From assembly GCA_036677365.1 (NCBI GenBank), contig JAVBWN010000016.1:32001-96000 (forward strand): DNA of 64,000 nt, written 5' to 3'. This DNA is from Acholeplasma sp. (GTDB lineage Bacteria; Bacillota_I; Bacilli_A; Acholeplasmatales; UBA5453). This document shows, in pieces, positions 22,473 through 31,760 of the stretch. The position numbers and the translations under genes are program-made. The number at the start of each line of letters is the position of its first letter. The stretch's first letter is position 1. The notes under the pieces were generated by a model. The model did not search any database and was not told the DNA's origin. It worked only from the letters and a program-made list of their open reading frames with translations.

Positions 22473-23597
22473 ATGAACATTTCACTTGTGATTGGAAAAA
22501 ACATTCAAAAGCTCATGGAAAAAGAGAAGGTCTCGCTAAGACAGTTGAGTGAATCAATTGGCATTACTCATCCAACTTTAAGCCACTATGTTGAAGGTAA
22601 ACAAGCGATAGATAGCGAAAAACTGATGTTAATCGCGAAGTTTTTTAAGAAACCGTTTGACTATTTTTTTAAAGAAGATAACAAACAAATCACTTTTATG
22701 TTTAGAGCGGATAAAGCTAATAAGGATATACAAAATATTGATATAGAACATTTGTCAAATACCATATATTCCTATTTAGATGTAATCGGCGATGTTGGAT
22801 ACCAGTATATTCCCCAAAAATATCAACTTAACTTAAAAGAAGACAAAAAGAGTTTATTCAATTTGATTGCGAAAATAGCCTATGAACAAAGAAAGTTTGC
22901 GAATATTGAAAACGTCATTCCAGATAACTACTTTGATGTCATACAAAGTATAGGCATCAATGTGATTGTCAAAGACTTTAAAAATGATGCTTATTTCGGT
23001 GCGTCATCTTATTCGTCCGATTTAGGCAGCTACATCATGATTAATAACTCCGATAAGGTATCAGAAGAAAGAAAGATATTCTCTTTAATTCATGAGTATG
23101 CACACTTATTATTCCATTCGGACCAATACTCTGATAGCCAGTTTAACGCGTTTTATTTAAACAGTAAAACCGATATTAACGAACAAATCGCCAATAAGTT
23201 TGCTGGACATTTTTTGATGCCAAGACATTTAGTAGAATCATATATGACTTCTAGAAATAACGTGGATGCAATCGAAATGAAAAAGTATTTTAAAGTGAGT
23301 ATTCAAACCGTGTATGTCATGTTACATGAATATGGGTTTATTTCTAAAGAAGTCTATAATGATTTTTGGAGAAGAATTAACCTTAATGGCTTTAAACAAG
23401 AAGAACCGTTCCCACTCGATAAGATTGATATTCAAGAAAAGAATGTCAAATTAGTCAACAGAATCAAAGATTTGTATTTTAATGAAGCAATCAGCGCGAA
23501 TAAAATTTCTGAGGTACTCGGTATGGATACCTTAGAAACTAGAAAACTGTTGAAAGAGTGGAGAGATATGGATGAACGATATTTATCACTCAAGTAA
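22473..23597 (+). CDS. XRE HTH fused to ImmA/IrrE Zn metallopeptidase
   Basis: N-terminal HTH; RKIFSLIHEYAHLL (HExxH); EQIANKFAGHFLMP. Confidence 0.92.
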   Translation: MNISLVIGKNIQKLMEKEKVSLRQLSESIGITHPTLSHYVEGKQAIDSEKLMLIAKFFKKPFDYFFKEDNKQITFMFRADKANKDIQNIDIEHLSNTIYSYLDVIGDVGYQYIPQKYQLNLKEDKKSLFNLIAKIAYEQRKFANIENVIPDNYFDVIQSIGINVIVKDFKNDAYFGASSYSSDLGSYIMINNSDKVSEERKIFSLIHEYAHLLFHSDQYSDSQFNAFYLNSKTDINEQIANKFAGHFLMPRHLVESYMTSRNNVDAIEMKKYFKVSIQTVYVMLHEYGFISKEVYNDFWRRINLNGFKQEEPFPLDKIDIQEKNVKLVNRIKDLYFNEAISANKISEVLGMDTLETRKLLKEWRDMDERYLSLK

Positions 23598-24096
23598 CAT
23601 TAGTGTGGTTGTAGATAATAACATTTTAGTGGATTTATATGAACTGAATTGCATTCACCTATTATTCTTAATCTTTGATATAGTCATTATCCCTAAGATT
23701 ATTTATGAAGATGAAATCACATCGGAGATTAAAGATATTCTAAAGACATATCCTATTGAAATAGGAGCTATTACGACAGAAATTGGGTTAGATGCATACG
23801 CTATACTTGTCTCGAATGAATCATTCAAAAGATTGTCAAGATACGATCGTTTTGCAATAGCGATCTCCAAAGAGAACCATTACTTTTGTAATAGTAATGA
23901 CAAACTGGTTCGAAAAGCATGTGAGTATCTGGATGTAAAATATACAGGCATTCTAGGTATACTGGGAAGAGCTTATAAGAAAAATTGTATCTCAATAATT
24001 CAATTAAAATCGTATTTAGATGATTTAATATCGGATAGAACCTCTTGCTATATTGATAAAAAGATTGTAGATCAGTTTAAAATCGAAATGGAATAA
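23572..24096 (+). CDS. PIN-domain protein (DUF3368-like), putative toxin
   Basis: VVVDNNILVD, LSRYDRFAIA, SNDKLVRKAC..LDVKYTGILGIL; overlaps upstream gene. Confidence 0.8.
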   Translation: MNDIYHSSNISVVVDNNILVDLYELNCIHLLFLIFDIVIIPKIIYEDEITSEIKDILKTYPIEIGAITTEIGLDAYAILVSNESFKRLSRYDRFAIAISKENHYFCNSNDKLVRKACEYLDVKYTGILGILGRAYKKNCISIIQLKSYLDDLISDRTSCYIDKKIVDQFKIEME

Positions 24097-24122
24097 TCAC
24101 AATTTAATTTCGATGCAAACCT

Positions 24123-24160
24123 AAAAAACAGGACCCATTTTGATGTGTTCTGTTTTTTCC
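24123..24160 (+). terminator. Intrinsic terminator
   Basis: aaaaaacagga...ttctgtttttt. Confidence 0.6.
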
Positions 24161-24179
24161 TTTTATATGAATACATAAT

Positions 24180-24212
24180 ACTGAAACACGATTCAGTGAA
24201 TCATGATTCAGT
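24180..24212. repeat. Tandem overlapping dyads upstream of recombinase pair
   Basis: ACTGAA-acacga-TTCAGT overlapping perfect palindrome TGAATCATGATTCA (24197-24210). Confidence 0.7.
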
Positions 24213-24293
24213 AAAACACAATGACATTAAAGTAATTAATCATCGTCTAACTGTATTCATTATAGAAGAACATTTAAGATAGGAAATATAACC

Positions 24294-25277
24294 ATGAACG
24301 AACACCCTTTAGAACTGTTAATCCAACAATACCTCGTTGAAAAAGACATCACTCAAGGCACCTATGATCTTTTCAAAATCATTCTCGACCAATATGTTAC
24401 CTATTTGAGAGAATATAACATAGACTTTCCGAATACATCGGATGTCATCGCGTTTCTAGAATGGAAGAAAAGTGAGGGTTGTTCAATCCGCTGGACCAAC
24501 CATCAAATTGGGACCTTAAAAAACTTTTACAGGTATTTATGTTTGAATCAACAGCGCTTAGGTTTACCTGAAGCGTATGCCTATGATATCATGCAACCAA
24601 TCCAGCGGGAGACTTTAGACCATAATGAATTTAAACCCACCTTATCTACTGAACAAGCCAAACAGCTGTTATTGTATTGTAAGGAACGTAGAGATACTCG
24701 CTCACAATACCGTGATTACGCCATCGTTTATCTAATGCTCACCACCGGTGTGAGAAGCGTTGAGGTCAGACGGGCGAAACGAAAAGATTTAAAACGGATC
24801 CAACAACAATTGGTCTTATACATCCAAGGAAAAGGCAGAACTGCACCCGATGCGTATGTAAAAATTCCAAAGGGTTTAGAAGTGGCCATAAACGACTATT
24901 TATCCTTAAGGAAAGACATCAATCCTTTTCTATTTATTGGTCATTCTAGACATCAAACCACGCCTTACTTATCGCGCTCTTTCGTGATTAAAATGTTTAA
25001 ACAGTTGATGAAAGATGCCGGATTAGAAGAAACCCAAGTGACTGCCCATAGCTTACGACATACCGCTGCGACCATCAATCTATTACGTGGTGGGTCATTA
25101 GAATCGACTAGACAACTTTTAAGACACGAAAATGTAACAACAACCATGATATATGCCCACCACGTCGGTCCAATGACAGGAGAACCAGAAAACGAAATCG
25201 AACGTCTGATTTTAAAGGATGATGAAACCAATAAGGAGGTATCGGATGCATCGACACCCATTAGAAGCCTTAAGTGA
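24294..25277 (+). CDS. Tyrosine recombinase, full catalytic set
   Basis: TGVRSVE (R), QGKG (K), HSLRH (HxxR), LRH (H), TMIY (Y). Confidence 0.95.
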   Translation: MNEHPLELLIQQYLVEKDITQGTYDLFKIILDQYVTYLREYNIDFPNTSDVIAFLEWKKSEGCSIRWTNHQIGTLKNFYRYLCLNQQRLGLPEAYAYDIMQPIQRETLDHNEFKPTLSTEQAKQLLLYCKERRDTRSQYRDYAIVYLMLTTGVRSVEVRRAKRKDLKRIQQQLVLYIQGKGRTAPDAYVKIPKGLEVAINDYLSLRKDINPFLFIGHSRHQTTPYLSRSFVIKMFKQLMKDAGLEETQVTAHSLRHTAATINLLRGGSLESTRQLLRHENVTTTMIYAHHVGPMTGEPENEIERLILKDDETNKEVSDASTPIRSLK

Positions 25278-26217
25278 ACAGTATTTAGCGGAGAAAAAGT
25301 TGTCGCCTTCGAGCTTAAAATCGTACCGAATCTCATTTAAACACTACATAGCATACCTAAAACAATACGACATTTTATACCCGACAACGGGTGATGTGAT
25401 TAAGTACCGACAACATAAAAGAGACATCGGGTGTTCAACCTACTACATTCATGTCCATATATCCGCACTTAAGGGTTTATACAAGTATTTGAGTCTAAAT
25501 CAAAAAAGATTAGCCATACCAGAGGTTTATGCCCATGACATCCTGGGTCCGATTAAGGGTGAACAGATTAAGCGTCAAATGACCAAACCGGTGTTAACGA
25601 TTGAAGAAGCGAGACATCTGATTTTGTTTACCAAACAACAACGACAGTTTATTTGGCACTACAGAAATCACGCAATCATCTCGTTGATGTTGACATCAGG
25701 GCTATCGGTTCATCAGGTTGTACACGCAAAAAGGGCGGATTTTATCGAGGAAGCAGGTACGTATGTCCTTTATATCGCACGAAAAACCAGTCAAACCAAA
25801 GATAGAATTAAACCATCGAAAGGCACCACCCTAGCCATCCTTGATTATTTATCCAAACGTCATGACGATAACCCGTACTTGTTTTGTGCCCACAAAAACA
25901 AGCAAACCCTAAACCCATTAGAACGGATGTTTTTCTATACCATGTTTCACCGCGTTTTAAAAGAAACCAACTTAGAACATACCGGCATTACGCCTTACTG
26001 TTTGAGACATACCGCTGCGTTATTCAATTTAGAACGCGGTGGTTCGATTGAACAAACCAAAGCGTTGTTGGGCCATGTGAGTATCAAATCTACTTTGGTT
26101 TATCAAGCGTATTTAGACCGTTTGAAAAACGACGCTGAACAACAAATTGAATCGATGCTCATCCATGAAGATACGGCTTTAGAGGATACATTTTTACCCT
26201 ATATATCATTCGAATAA
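25246..26217 (+). CDS. Tyrosine recombinase paralogue with degenerate active site
   Basis: Colinear with upstream gene (HPLE..QYL.EK, YL.LNQ.RL..PE.YA.DI) but SGLSVHQ and YCLRH; AAGGAGGT RBS. Confidence 0.9.
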   Translation: MHRHPLEALSEQYLAEKKLSPSSLKSYRISFKHYIAYLKQYDILYPTTGDVIKYRQHKRDIGCSTYYIHVHISALKGLYKYLSLNQKRLAIPEVYAHDILGPIKGEQIKRQMTKPVLTIEEARHLILFTKQQRQFIWHYRNHAIISLMLTSGLSVHQVVHAKRADFIEEAGTYVLYIARKTSQTKDRIKPSKGTTLAILDYLSKRHDDNPYLFCAHKNKQTLNPLERMFFYTMFHRVLKETNLEHTGITPYCLRHTAALFNLERGGSIEQTKALLGHVSIKSTLVYQAYLDRLKNDAEQQIESMLIHEDTALEDTFLPYISFE

Positions 26218-26320
26218 CTCAAGTTCTATTTAGAATTAGGGTACATATAAACCTAGCACTTAAACCCCATAAGTGCTATTTTTCGCGTGATTTAGGCATC
26301 TAGAAAGAGTTCAGAAAGCA

Positions 26321-26409
26321 TTTGTTCAAATTTCGAACAAAAGTTGGATTTTTCTCTTGTCATTTGATAAGGTTATGGTGTAAAATAGGATTATTCAATA
26401 ATCGAACAA
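26321..26409 (+). promoter_or_regulatory. Promoter bracketed by two TT(G/A)TTC-N7-GAACAA dyads
   Basis: Dyads at 26321-26341 and 26391-26409; TTGTCA (26357) with 18-bp spacer to TAAAAT (26381). Confidence 0.65.
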
Positions 26410-26423
26410 TGGATGGTGACCCG

Positions 26424-27044
26424 ATGAACGATAACGCATTCTTTAAACCGACAATTCTTTATAAAGAATATATGGTCTTAGACCTCATTGAAAAAAACCC
26501 TAAAATTACCCAAAGGGAAATGAGTAAGTTGATAGGGGTTGCTGTGTCTATGATCAACGACTACTTGGAAGAATTCGAGAAAAAAGGCCTCATTAAAAAG
26601 AAGAAATACTCAACCAAAACCGTTGAGTATTTAATCACGAAAAAAGGGACTGAAAAGAAAAAAGTCTTAAACATTGGGTATTTAAACTCAACCAAAGACT
26701 TATACTTCCAAGCGAAAGAGAACTTCGAGAAGTTCTTAGCTCAAGTCAAAGACAAAGGCTTTAACAACATCCTTTTATACGGTGCTGGTGAAGTCGCAGA
26801 AATGTTGTTACATACCATCATGACCAGCAAGACCAATGAAGTAAATGTCTTAGCGGTCATTGATGATGATCCGAATAAAATCGGATCTAAGATTGGTAAT
26901 TATGTCATTATTCCTAAAGAAAGTATTCGAGACTTTGACCATGATGGTATCTTGGTATCTACATACAATCGTAAGGATGAGATTAAAGCCAAGTTATTAA
27001 AGATTGATTATCCAATCGAAAATATTATCGAGTTTTTTGAGTAA
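26424..27044 (+). CDS. Winged-helix (MarR-like) regulator with C-terminal Rossmann-like domain
   Basis: NPKITQREMSKLIGVAVSMINDYL...YLITKKG; LLYGAGEVA...VIDDD. Confidence 0.85.
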   Translation: MNDNAFFKPTILYKEYMVLDLIEKNPKITQREMSKLIGVAVSMINDYLEEFEKKGLIKKKKYSTKTVEYLITKKGTEKKKVLNIGYLNSTKDLYFQAKENFEKFLAQVKDKGFNNILLYGAGEVAEMLLHTIMTSKTNEVNVLAVIDDDPNKIGSKIGNYVIIPKESIRDFDHDGILVSTYNRKDEIKAKLLKIDYPIENIIEFFE

Positions 27045-27065
27045 AAAGAGGTAAAAACAACAACT

Positions 27066-27659
27066 ATGTTCTATTTAAAGTTTAAACGTTTTTATGATAC
27101 AGTATTAGCTTTCATTGGTTTAATTGTATTATCCCCACTATTCTTAATATTAATGATCTTAATCAAACTAGATTCAAAAGGACCGATTCTATTTAAACAA
27201 AAGAGAATTGGTAGACATAAAAAGCATTTCTATATCTTAAAGTTTAGAACCATGCGTATCGATACACCTAAAGATACACCAACCCATATGTTGGAAAATC
27301 CACAACAATGGATTACTAAGGTAGGTAAGTTCTTAAGAAAGACAAGCTTAGATGAGCTACCTCAAATCATCAATATCCTAAAAGGTGATATGTCTATTAT
27401 CGGACCTAGACCCGCATTATGGAATCAATACGATTTGATGGATGAAAGAGATAAGTATGGTGTTCACAGTCTATATCCAGGATTAACTGGTTACGCACAA
27501 ATCAATGGTAGAGATGAACTCCCTATCCCTGAAAAAGCAAAACTAGATGGCTATTATGTAGAACATATTAGTTTTTGGTTAGATATCAAAATATTTTTTG
27601 GCACAATTAAAAGCATTATAAAATCTGAAGGAATCGTTGAAGGAGTTAAACATGATTGA
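27066..27659 (+). CDS. Initiating sugar-phosphate transferase (Bac_transf family)
   Basis: KRFYD, LDSKGPILFKQKRIG, KFRTM, LRKTSLDELPQ, GPRP, PGLTGYAQ. Confidence 0.95.
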   Translation: MFYLKFKRFYDTVLAFIGLIVLSPLFLILMILIKLDSKGPILFKQKRIGRHKKHFYILKFRTMRIDTPKDTPTHMLENPQQWITKVGKFLRKTSLDELPQIINILKGDMSIIGPRPALWNQYDLMDERDKYGVHSLYPGLTGYAQINGRDELPIPEKAKLDGYYVEHISFWLDIKIFFGTIKSIIKSEGIVEGVKHD

Positions 27660-28542
27660 TATTTCTAATACTCGCCCATTAGTATCCGTTATTATTCCGA
27701 CGTACAAACAAGAGAAACTTCTTATTAATGCTATTAGTTCAGTTTTAGCACAATCTTACCGAAATATTGAACTAATCGTTGTAGATGATAATTCTGATGA
27801 ATCAAATATATCAATAAAAAGTATAATTGAACAAATTAACGACAAGAGACTCATATATATTAAAAACACTGTTAATCTAGGTTCAGCAAGGACTAGAAAT
27901 GTAGGAATAAATTTTTCAAAAGGTGAGTATATTACTTTTTTAGATGATGATGATGAGTATTATCCGGATAAAGTTTACACACAATTAAGCGAAATGATGA
28001 AAAATAACTCTGATTACTCTACGACAAATATGTTATTAGTGAATGATAAAAGTGAAGTTATTGGTAAAAGAGAAAGAAGACAAATTAAAAAATGCAAATC
28101 CCTTTTCATTTATCATATGCTTTACCACCTAACGGGTACGTCAACAATGATGTATAAAAGAAATTTTTTATTTCGAATCGGGCTATTCAACTCTATTGAT
28201 ATAGGTGATGAATTTTACTTAATTCAACGTTCAATTGAGGCAAATGGTTCATTTACACATGTAGATAAAATCCTTGTTAGTGCTCTTGTTCATAAACCGG
28301 GATCTGGATTATCTTTAGGAGATAAAAGGCGAAATGGTGAAATAACGTTATTCAATTTTAAGAAGAGATATTTTGATAAACTATCAATATATCAAAGACA
28401 GTTTGTTAGAATGAGACATCATTTAGTAATGGCCAGAATTCATCTCAAAAATAATGAAAAATCCAAATTTGCAATATTTCTTACTCTTGCTTTTTTTAGT
28501 AATCCAATAGGTTTTTTTGATTTTATTGTTAGGGGTATTTAA
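27652..28542 (+). CDS. GT2 glycosyltransferase
   Basis: VSVIIPTY, IVVDDNS, RNVGI, ITFLDDDD. Confidence 0.92.
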   Translation: MIDISNTRPLVSVIIPTYKQEKLLINAISSVLAQSYRNIELIVVDDNSDESNISIKSIIEQINDKRLIYIKNTVNLGSARTRNVGINFSKGEYITFLDDDDEYYPDKVYTQLSEMMKNNSDYSTTNMLLVNDKSEVIGKRERRQIKKCKSLFIYHMLYHLTGTSTMMYKRNFLFRIGLFNSIDIGDEFYLIQRSIEANGSFTHVDKILVSALVHKPGSGLSLGDKRRNGEITLFNFKKRYFDKLSIYQRQFVRMRHHLVMARIHLKNNEKSKFAIFLTLAFFSNPIGFFDFIVRGI

Positions 28543-28543
28543 T

Positions 28544-29743
28544 GTGAACATATTATTTATATCCGGTGTTTTTGATAATAAAACTAAGGATTACATAGAA
28601 AATAACAACAAAGGATATCTTGAGTATTCTGCTAATAACTTCCAAATAAATATCATAAAAGGTTTGGTTGAAAACGGACACAATGTAAAAATTATTTCAG
28701 CACCATTTTGTGGATCATGGCCTCAAAGTTCTAAGATTGTTATGTTCAAAAATAATATAGAAAACGGCGGAGTAATTAAATATGCTAAGTTCTTTAATAT
28801 ATGGGGGATTAGGCAAATTAGTAGGTATTTGTCAATTAGAAAAATGATATTGCAATACCCAGGATATGATTGTGTTTTAGTCTATTCAGCACATAATCCA
28901 TTTCTAAAAGCCGGATTAAAATATAAAGAAAAGAATAAATCTCTTTTATGCAATATTGTTCCCGATTTGCCAGAATACATGAGTTTGAAGACGAAAAAAA
29001 CACTAATATATAGATTTTTTAAACAATTCGATATTTCAAACTATTACAAAATGTCAAAGGCATTCGATTCATTTGTAGTTTTAACAAGTCAAATGGCTGA
29101 TAGAATAATGCGCAATACGAAGAAAAGACCTTACATAGTACTAGAGGGTATTACTAATGAATTGATTGATAACAAGCTACCAGCTGATTTTGGTGATTAT
29201 ATTCAACTTAGCTATGCGGGTAAGCTAGATATCTCTTTCGGTGTAAAAAAATTAATTGAAGCATTTCAAAATATTAAATCTGATAAACTCATTTTAAATT
29301 TGTGTGGTTCGGGTGAATTGAACGATTATATAATTAAAGCTTCAAAATCGGACATTAGGATTAAATACCATGGATTCTTAAGTTACGATAAAGTTAAAGA
29401 AATTTTGAAGCAATCTGATATTTTAATAAATCCAAGGAGTGATGTGTCGGACTTTTCAATGTTCTCTTTCCCTTCAAAAAACATTGAATATATGTCATTA
29501 TCAAAACCTGTAATTTGTTCAAAACTTAGCGGAATGGATGATACTTATAATAATTTTATTTTTAGACTCGATGATAATTCTGTAGAAAATCTTCAGAAAG
29601 CTATAGAGAGAGTCATTAATAGCAATAAGAATATCATTGATGAAAAAATTAACAATGCTACAGCCTACATTAATCAAAATTTATACTATAAAAATGCAAC
29701 GCTAAGAATAATTGATTTAATTAAAAGGAGTAACTACAAATGA
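28544..29743 (+). CDS. GT4-like glycosyltransferase
   Basis: YAGKL, GSG, INPR...FSFPSKNIEYMSLSKPVI; GTG start inferred. Confidence 0.85.
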   Translation: MNILFISGVFDNKTKDYIENNNKGYLEYSANNFQINIIKGLVENGHNVKIISAPFCGSWPQSSKIVMFKNNIENGGVIKYAKFFNIWGIRQISRYLSIRKMILQYPGYDCVLVYSAHNPFLKAGLKYKEKNKSLLCNIVPDLPEYMSLKTKKTLIYRFFKQFDISNYYKMSKAFDSFVVLTSQMADRIMRNTKKRPYIVLEGITNELIDNKLPADFGDYIQLSYAGKLDISFGVKKLIEAFQNIKSDKLILNLCGSGELNDYIIKASKSDIRIKYHGFLSYDKVKEILKQSDILINPRSDVSDFSMFSFPSKNIEYMSLSKPVICSKLSGMDDTYNNFIFRLDDNSVENLQKAIERVINSNKNIIDEKINNATAYINQNLYYKNATLRIIDLIKRSNYK

Positions 29744-30678
29744 TTTTATATTTCATAATGTATCCATTTGAATTTTTGATGAGGATATTTCGAAAAATAA
29801 TTGGACACAGAAGATTTAAGAGAATGTTTTACTGTGGACAAATAGTTATGACTAAAAAAAGAACAAATGAATACATACGGCAACTCATAAGAAGTAATAA
29901 ACCATTTTTAGTATGCCGTTTTGGTGATGCTGAACTAAAAACAATTGTTCAAAGCTTGGAGATAGGTTTTAATATCAGAAAAGATTTCGATGAAAATCTC
30001 AAAAGAGTTATGCATCTCAATGCAGGATTTTTTCCACCGGAAACTGACAATTTAATTATGTTTTCGAATATGATGCTAGAATCAATTGGAGATGTGGATG
30101 TGTTTGGAGTTTGGTTTAATTTTATGGAAAACTATGTCATTAAAAGGTATTCGAATAATTTCAAACTTTCATATTTGGAAGATTTGGAACCATATAGATG
30201 TACATTACCATGGTCGGCAGAGTTAAAAGGAAAAAAAATTTTAGTAGTACATCCATTTTCTGAATCAATTAATCAACAATTCATGATTAAGGAAAAACTT
30301 TTTACAAATACGCAGGTACTTCCTGACTTTCACCTTATAACATATAAATCAGTACAAACCAATGCAGGCTCTTCTACATCATTCAATAGTTGGTTCGAGG
30401 CACTTGAATTTATGTTTGATGAAATCAAATTTATTGATTTTGATATCGCAATTGTTGGTTGCGGATCTTATGGATTGCCACTTTCAGCAAAAATAAGGAA
30501 AATGGGAAAAGGTGTAATTCACTTAGCAGGCGCTACACAAATTATGTTTGGTATAAGAGGATCTCGATGGGATATTAGAAAAGACATGAGTAATATGTTT
30601 AACGAACATTGGATTAGACCAAATAGTAACGAGAAACCGAAAGATGCTAGTAAGGTTGAAGGAGGATGCTATTGGTGA
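29740..30678 (+). CDS. Uncharacterised polysaccharide-locus protein, possible GT-D-like transferase
   Basis: CRFGDAE, PWSAELKGKKILVVHPF, DIAIVGCGSYGLPL, IHLAG. Confidence 0.55.
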   Translation: MILYFIMYPFEFLMRIFRKIIGHRRFKRMFYCGQIVMTKKRTNEYIRQLIRSNKPFLVCRFGDAELKTIVQSLEIGFNIRKDFDENLKRVMHLNAGFFPPETDNLIMFSNMMLESIGDVDVFGVWFNFMENYVIKRYSNNFKLSYLEDLEPYRCTLPWSAELKGKKILVVHPFSESINQQFMIKEKLFTNTQVLPDFHLITYKSVQTNAGSSTSFNSWFEALEFMFDEIKFIDFDIAIVGCGSYGLPLSAKIRKMGKGVIHLAGATQIMFGIRGSRWDIRKDMSNMFNEHWIRPNSNEKPKDASKVEGGCYW

Positions 30679-31760
30679 ACAAAGATAATCGTCTGAAAGT
30701 TGCTCAGGTTGTAATCAATCCCAAAAGAGGTGGTGGCGTTTCTACTGAGTACCAAAGTCTAATGACTTCAAGTATCAGTGAAAAAGTTAAATTATTACCA
30801 ATTATACTACCAGTTTCACACAAAGGTATTAATCTTAGAGATATACGATATTATTATAAGGAATTGAAGAATAGTGATTATGACATCGTTCATATTAGAG
30901 GCGCTGGTACTGATTCGTTAAATGCAATAATTGCAGCAAAACTACTGAATAAGGGTAAAATATATACTGTTGTTCATGGATTATATAGTGAAATAATTTA
31001 TAGGAATAAAATAAAAAAGTTATTAAACAAATACTTAATAGAGAACATCATTTTCTACTTATCTGACTACATATCGTTTTTATATAATAATCACAAATAT
31101 GAATACAAATTGAGAAAAAAAATACTAAATAATGTATATAACATGTATCCCTATATGGATTCATACGATGATAAAGCTGTAACTGAATTAAGAAATAAAC
31201 TTGGGATCAGTATTAATGATTTTGTTGTTTTATATGTAGGTAGAATTACTATAGAAAAAGGACTAAGATATCTAAGTAGTGCAATACTAGATAGAGACAT
31301 TAAATCTATTGATAATATCAAATTTATTTTTGTTGGAGATGGACCATACAAAGAACAAATGGTCACACTTTTAAGTGAAGAAATCGATAAGAAAAGAGCA
31401 ATATTCATTGGTAATACCGATAATGTAGCCAATTACTATTATCTTTCTAACATTTTTATTAATCCTTCTCTACATGAGAATCATTCAATATCAATTCTAG
31501 AGGCAATAAAAACACAAACACCGGTCATAGTAACAAATGTCGGGGGAAACCAAGAAACTGTGATTAATGGTGAATATGGAATTATTATATCACCGCATAG
31601 TGTTAATGATATTATAAGCGCTATTATTCAATTATTAGACATTAAAACATTTGAAAAATATAAAAAAAACATGTGTGTATTGGATAATCGTTTCACACAA
31701 GATGAAGTAATTAAAGTTTTGTATGGAAATTATATTGAGATTATGAGGAGTAAAAAATGA
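30666..31760 (+). CDS. GT4 glycosyltransferase
   Basis: YVGRITIEKG, VGDG, PSLHENHSISILEA..PVIVTNVGG. Confidence 0.9.
   Translation: MLLVNKDNRLKVAQVVINPKRGGGVSTEYQSLMTSSISEKVKLLPIILPVSHKGINLRDIRYYYKELKNSDYDIVHIRGAGTDSLNAIIAAKLLNKGKIYTVVHGLYSEIIYRNKIKKLLNKYLIENIIFYLSDYISFLYNNHKYEYKLRKKILNNVYNMYPYMDSYDDKAVTELRNKLGISINDFVVLYVGRITIEKGLRYLSSAILDRDIKSIDNIKFIFVGDGPYKEQMVTLLSEEIDKKRAIFIGNTDNVANYYYLSNIFINPSLHENHSISILEAIKTQTPVIVTNVGGNQETVINGEYGIIISPHSVNDIISAIIQLLDIKTFEKYKKNMCVLDNRFTQDEVIKVLYGNYIEIMRSKK

Noticed and set aside
18462..24293. Integron-like cassette array
   Set aside because: No repeated attC-like element found between genes, and no evident IntI-specific insertion in the recombinases
18462..26320. 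Prophage/ICE with att direct repeats or a dif site
   Set aside because: No phage or conjugation genes; no convincing flanking repeat or dif consensus by eye
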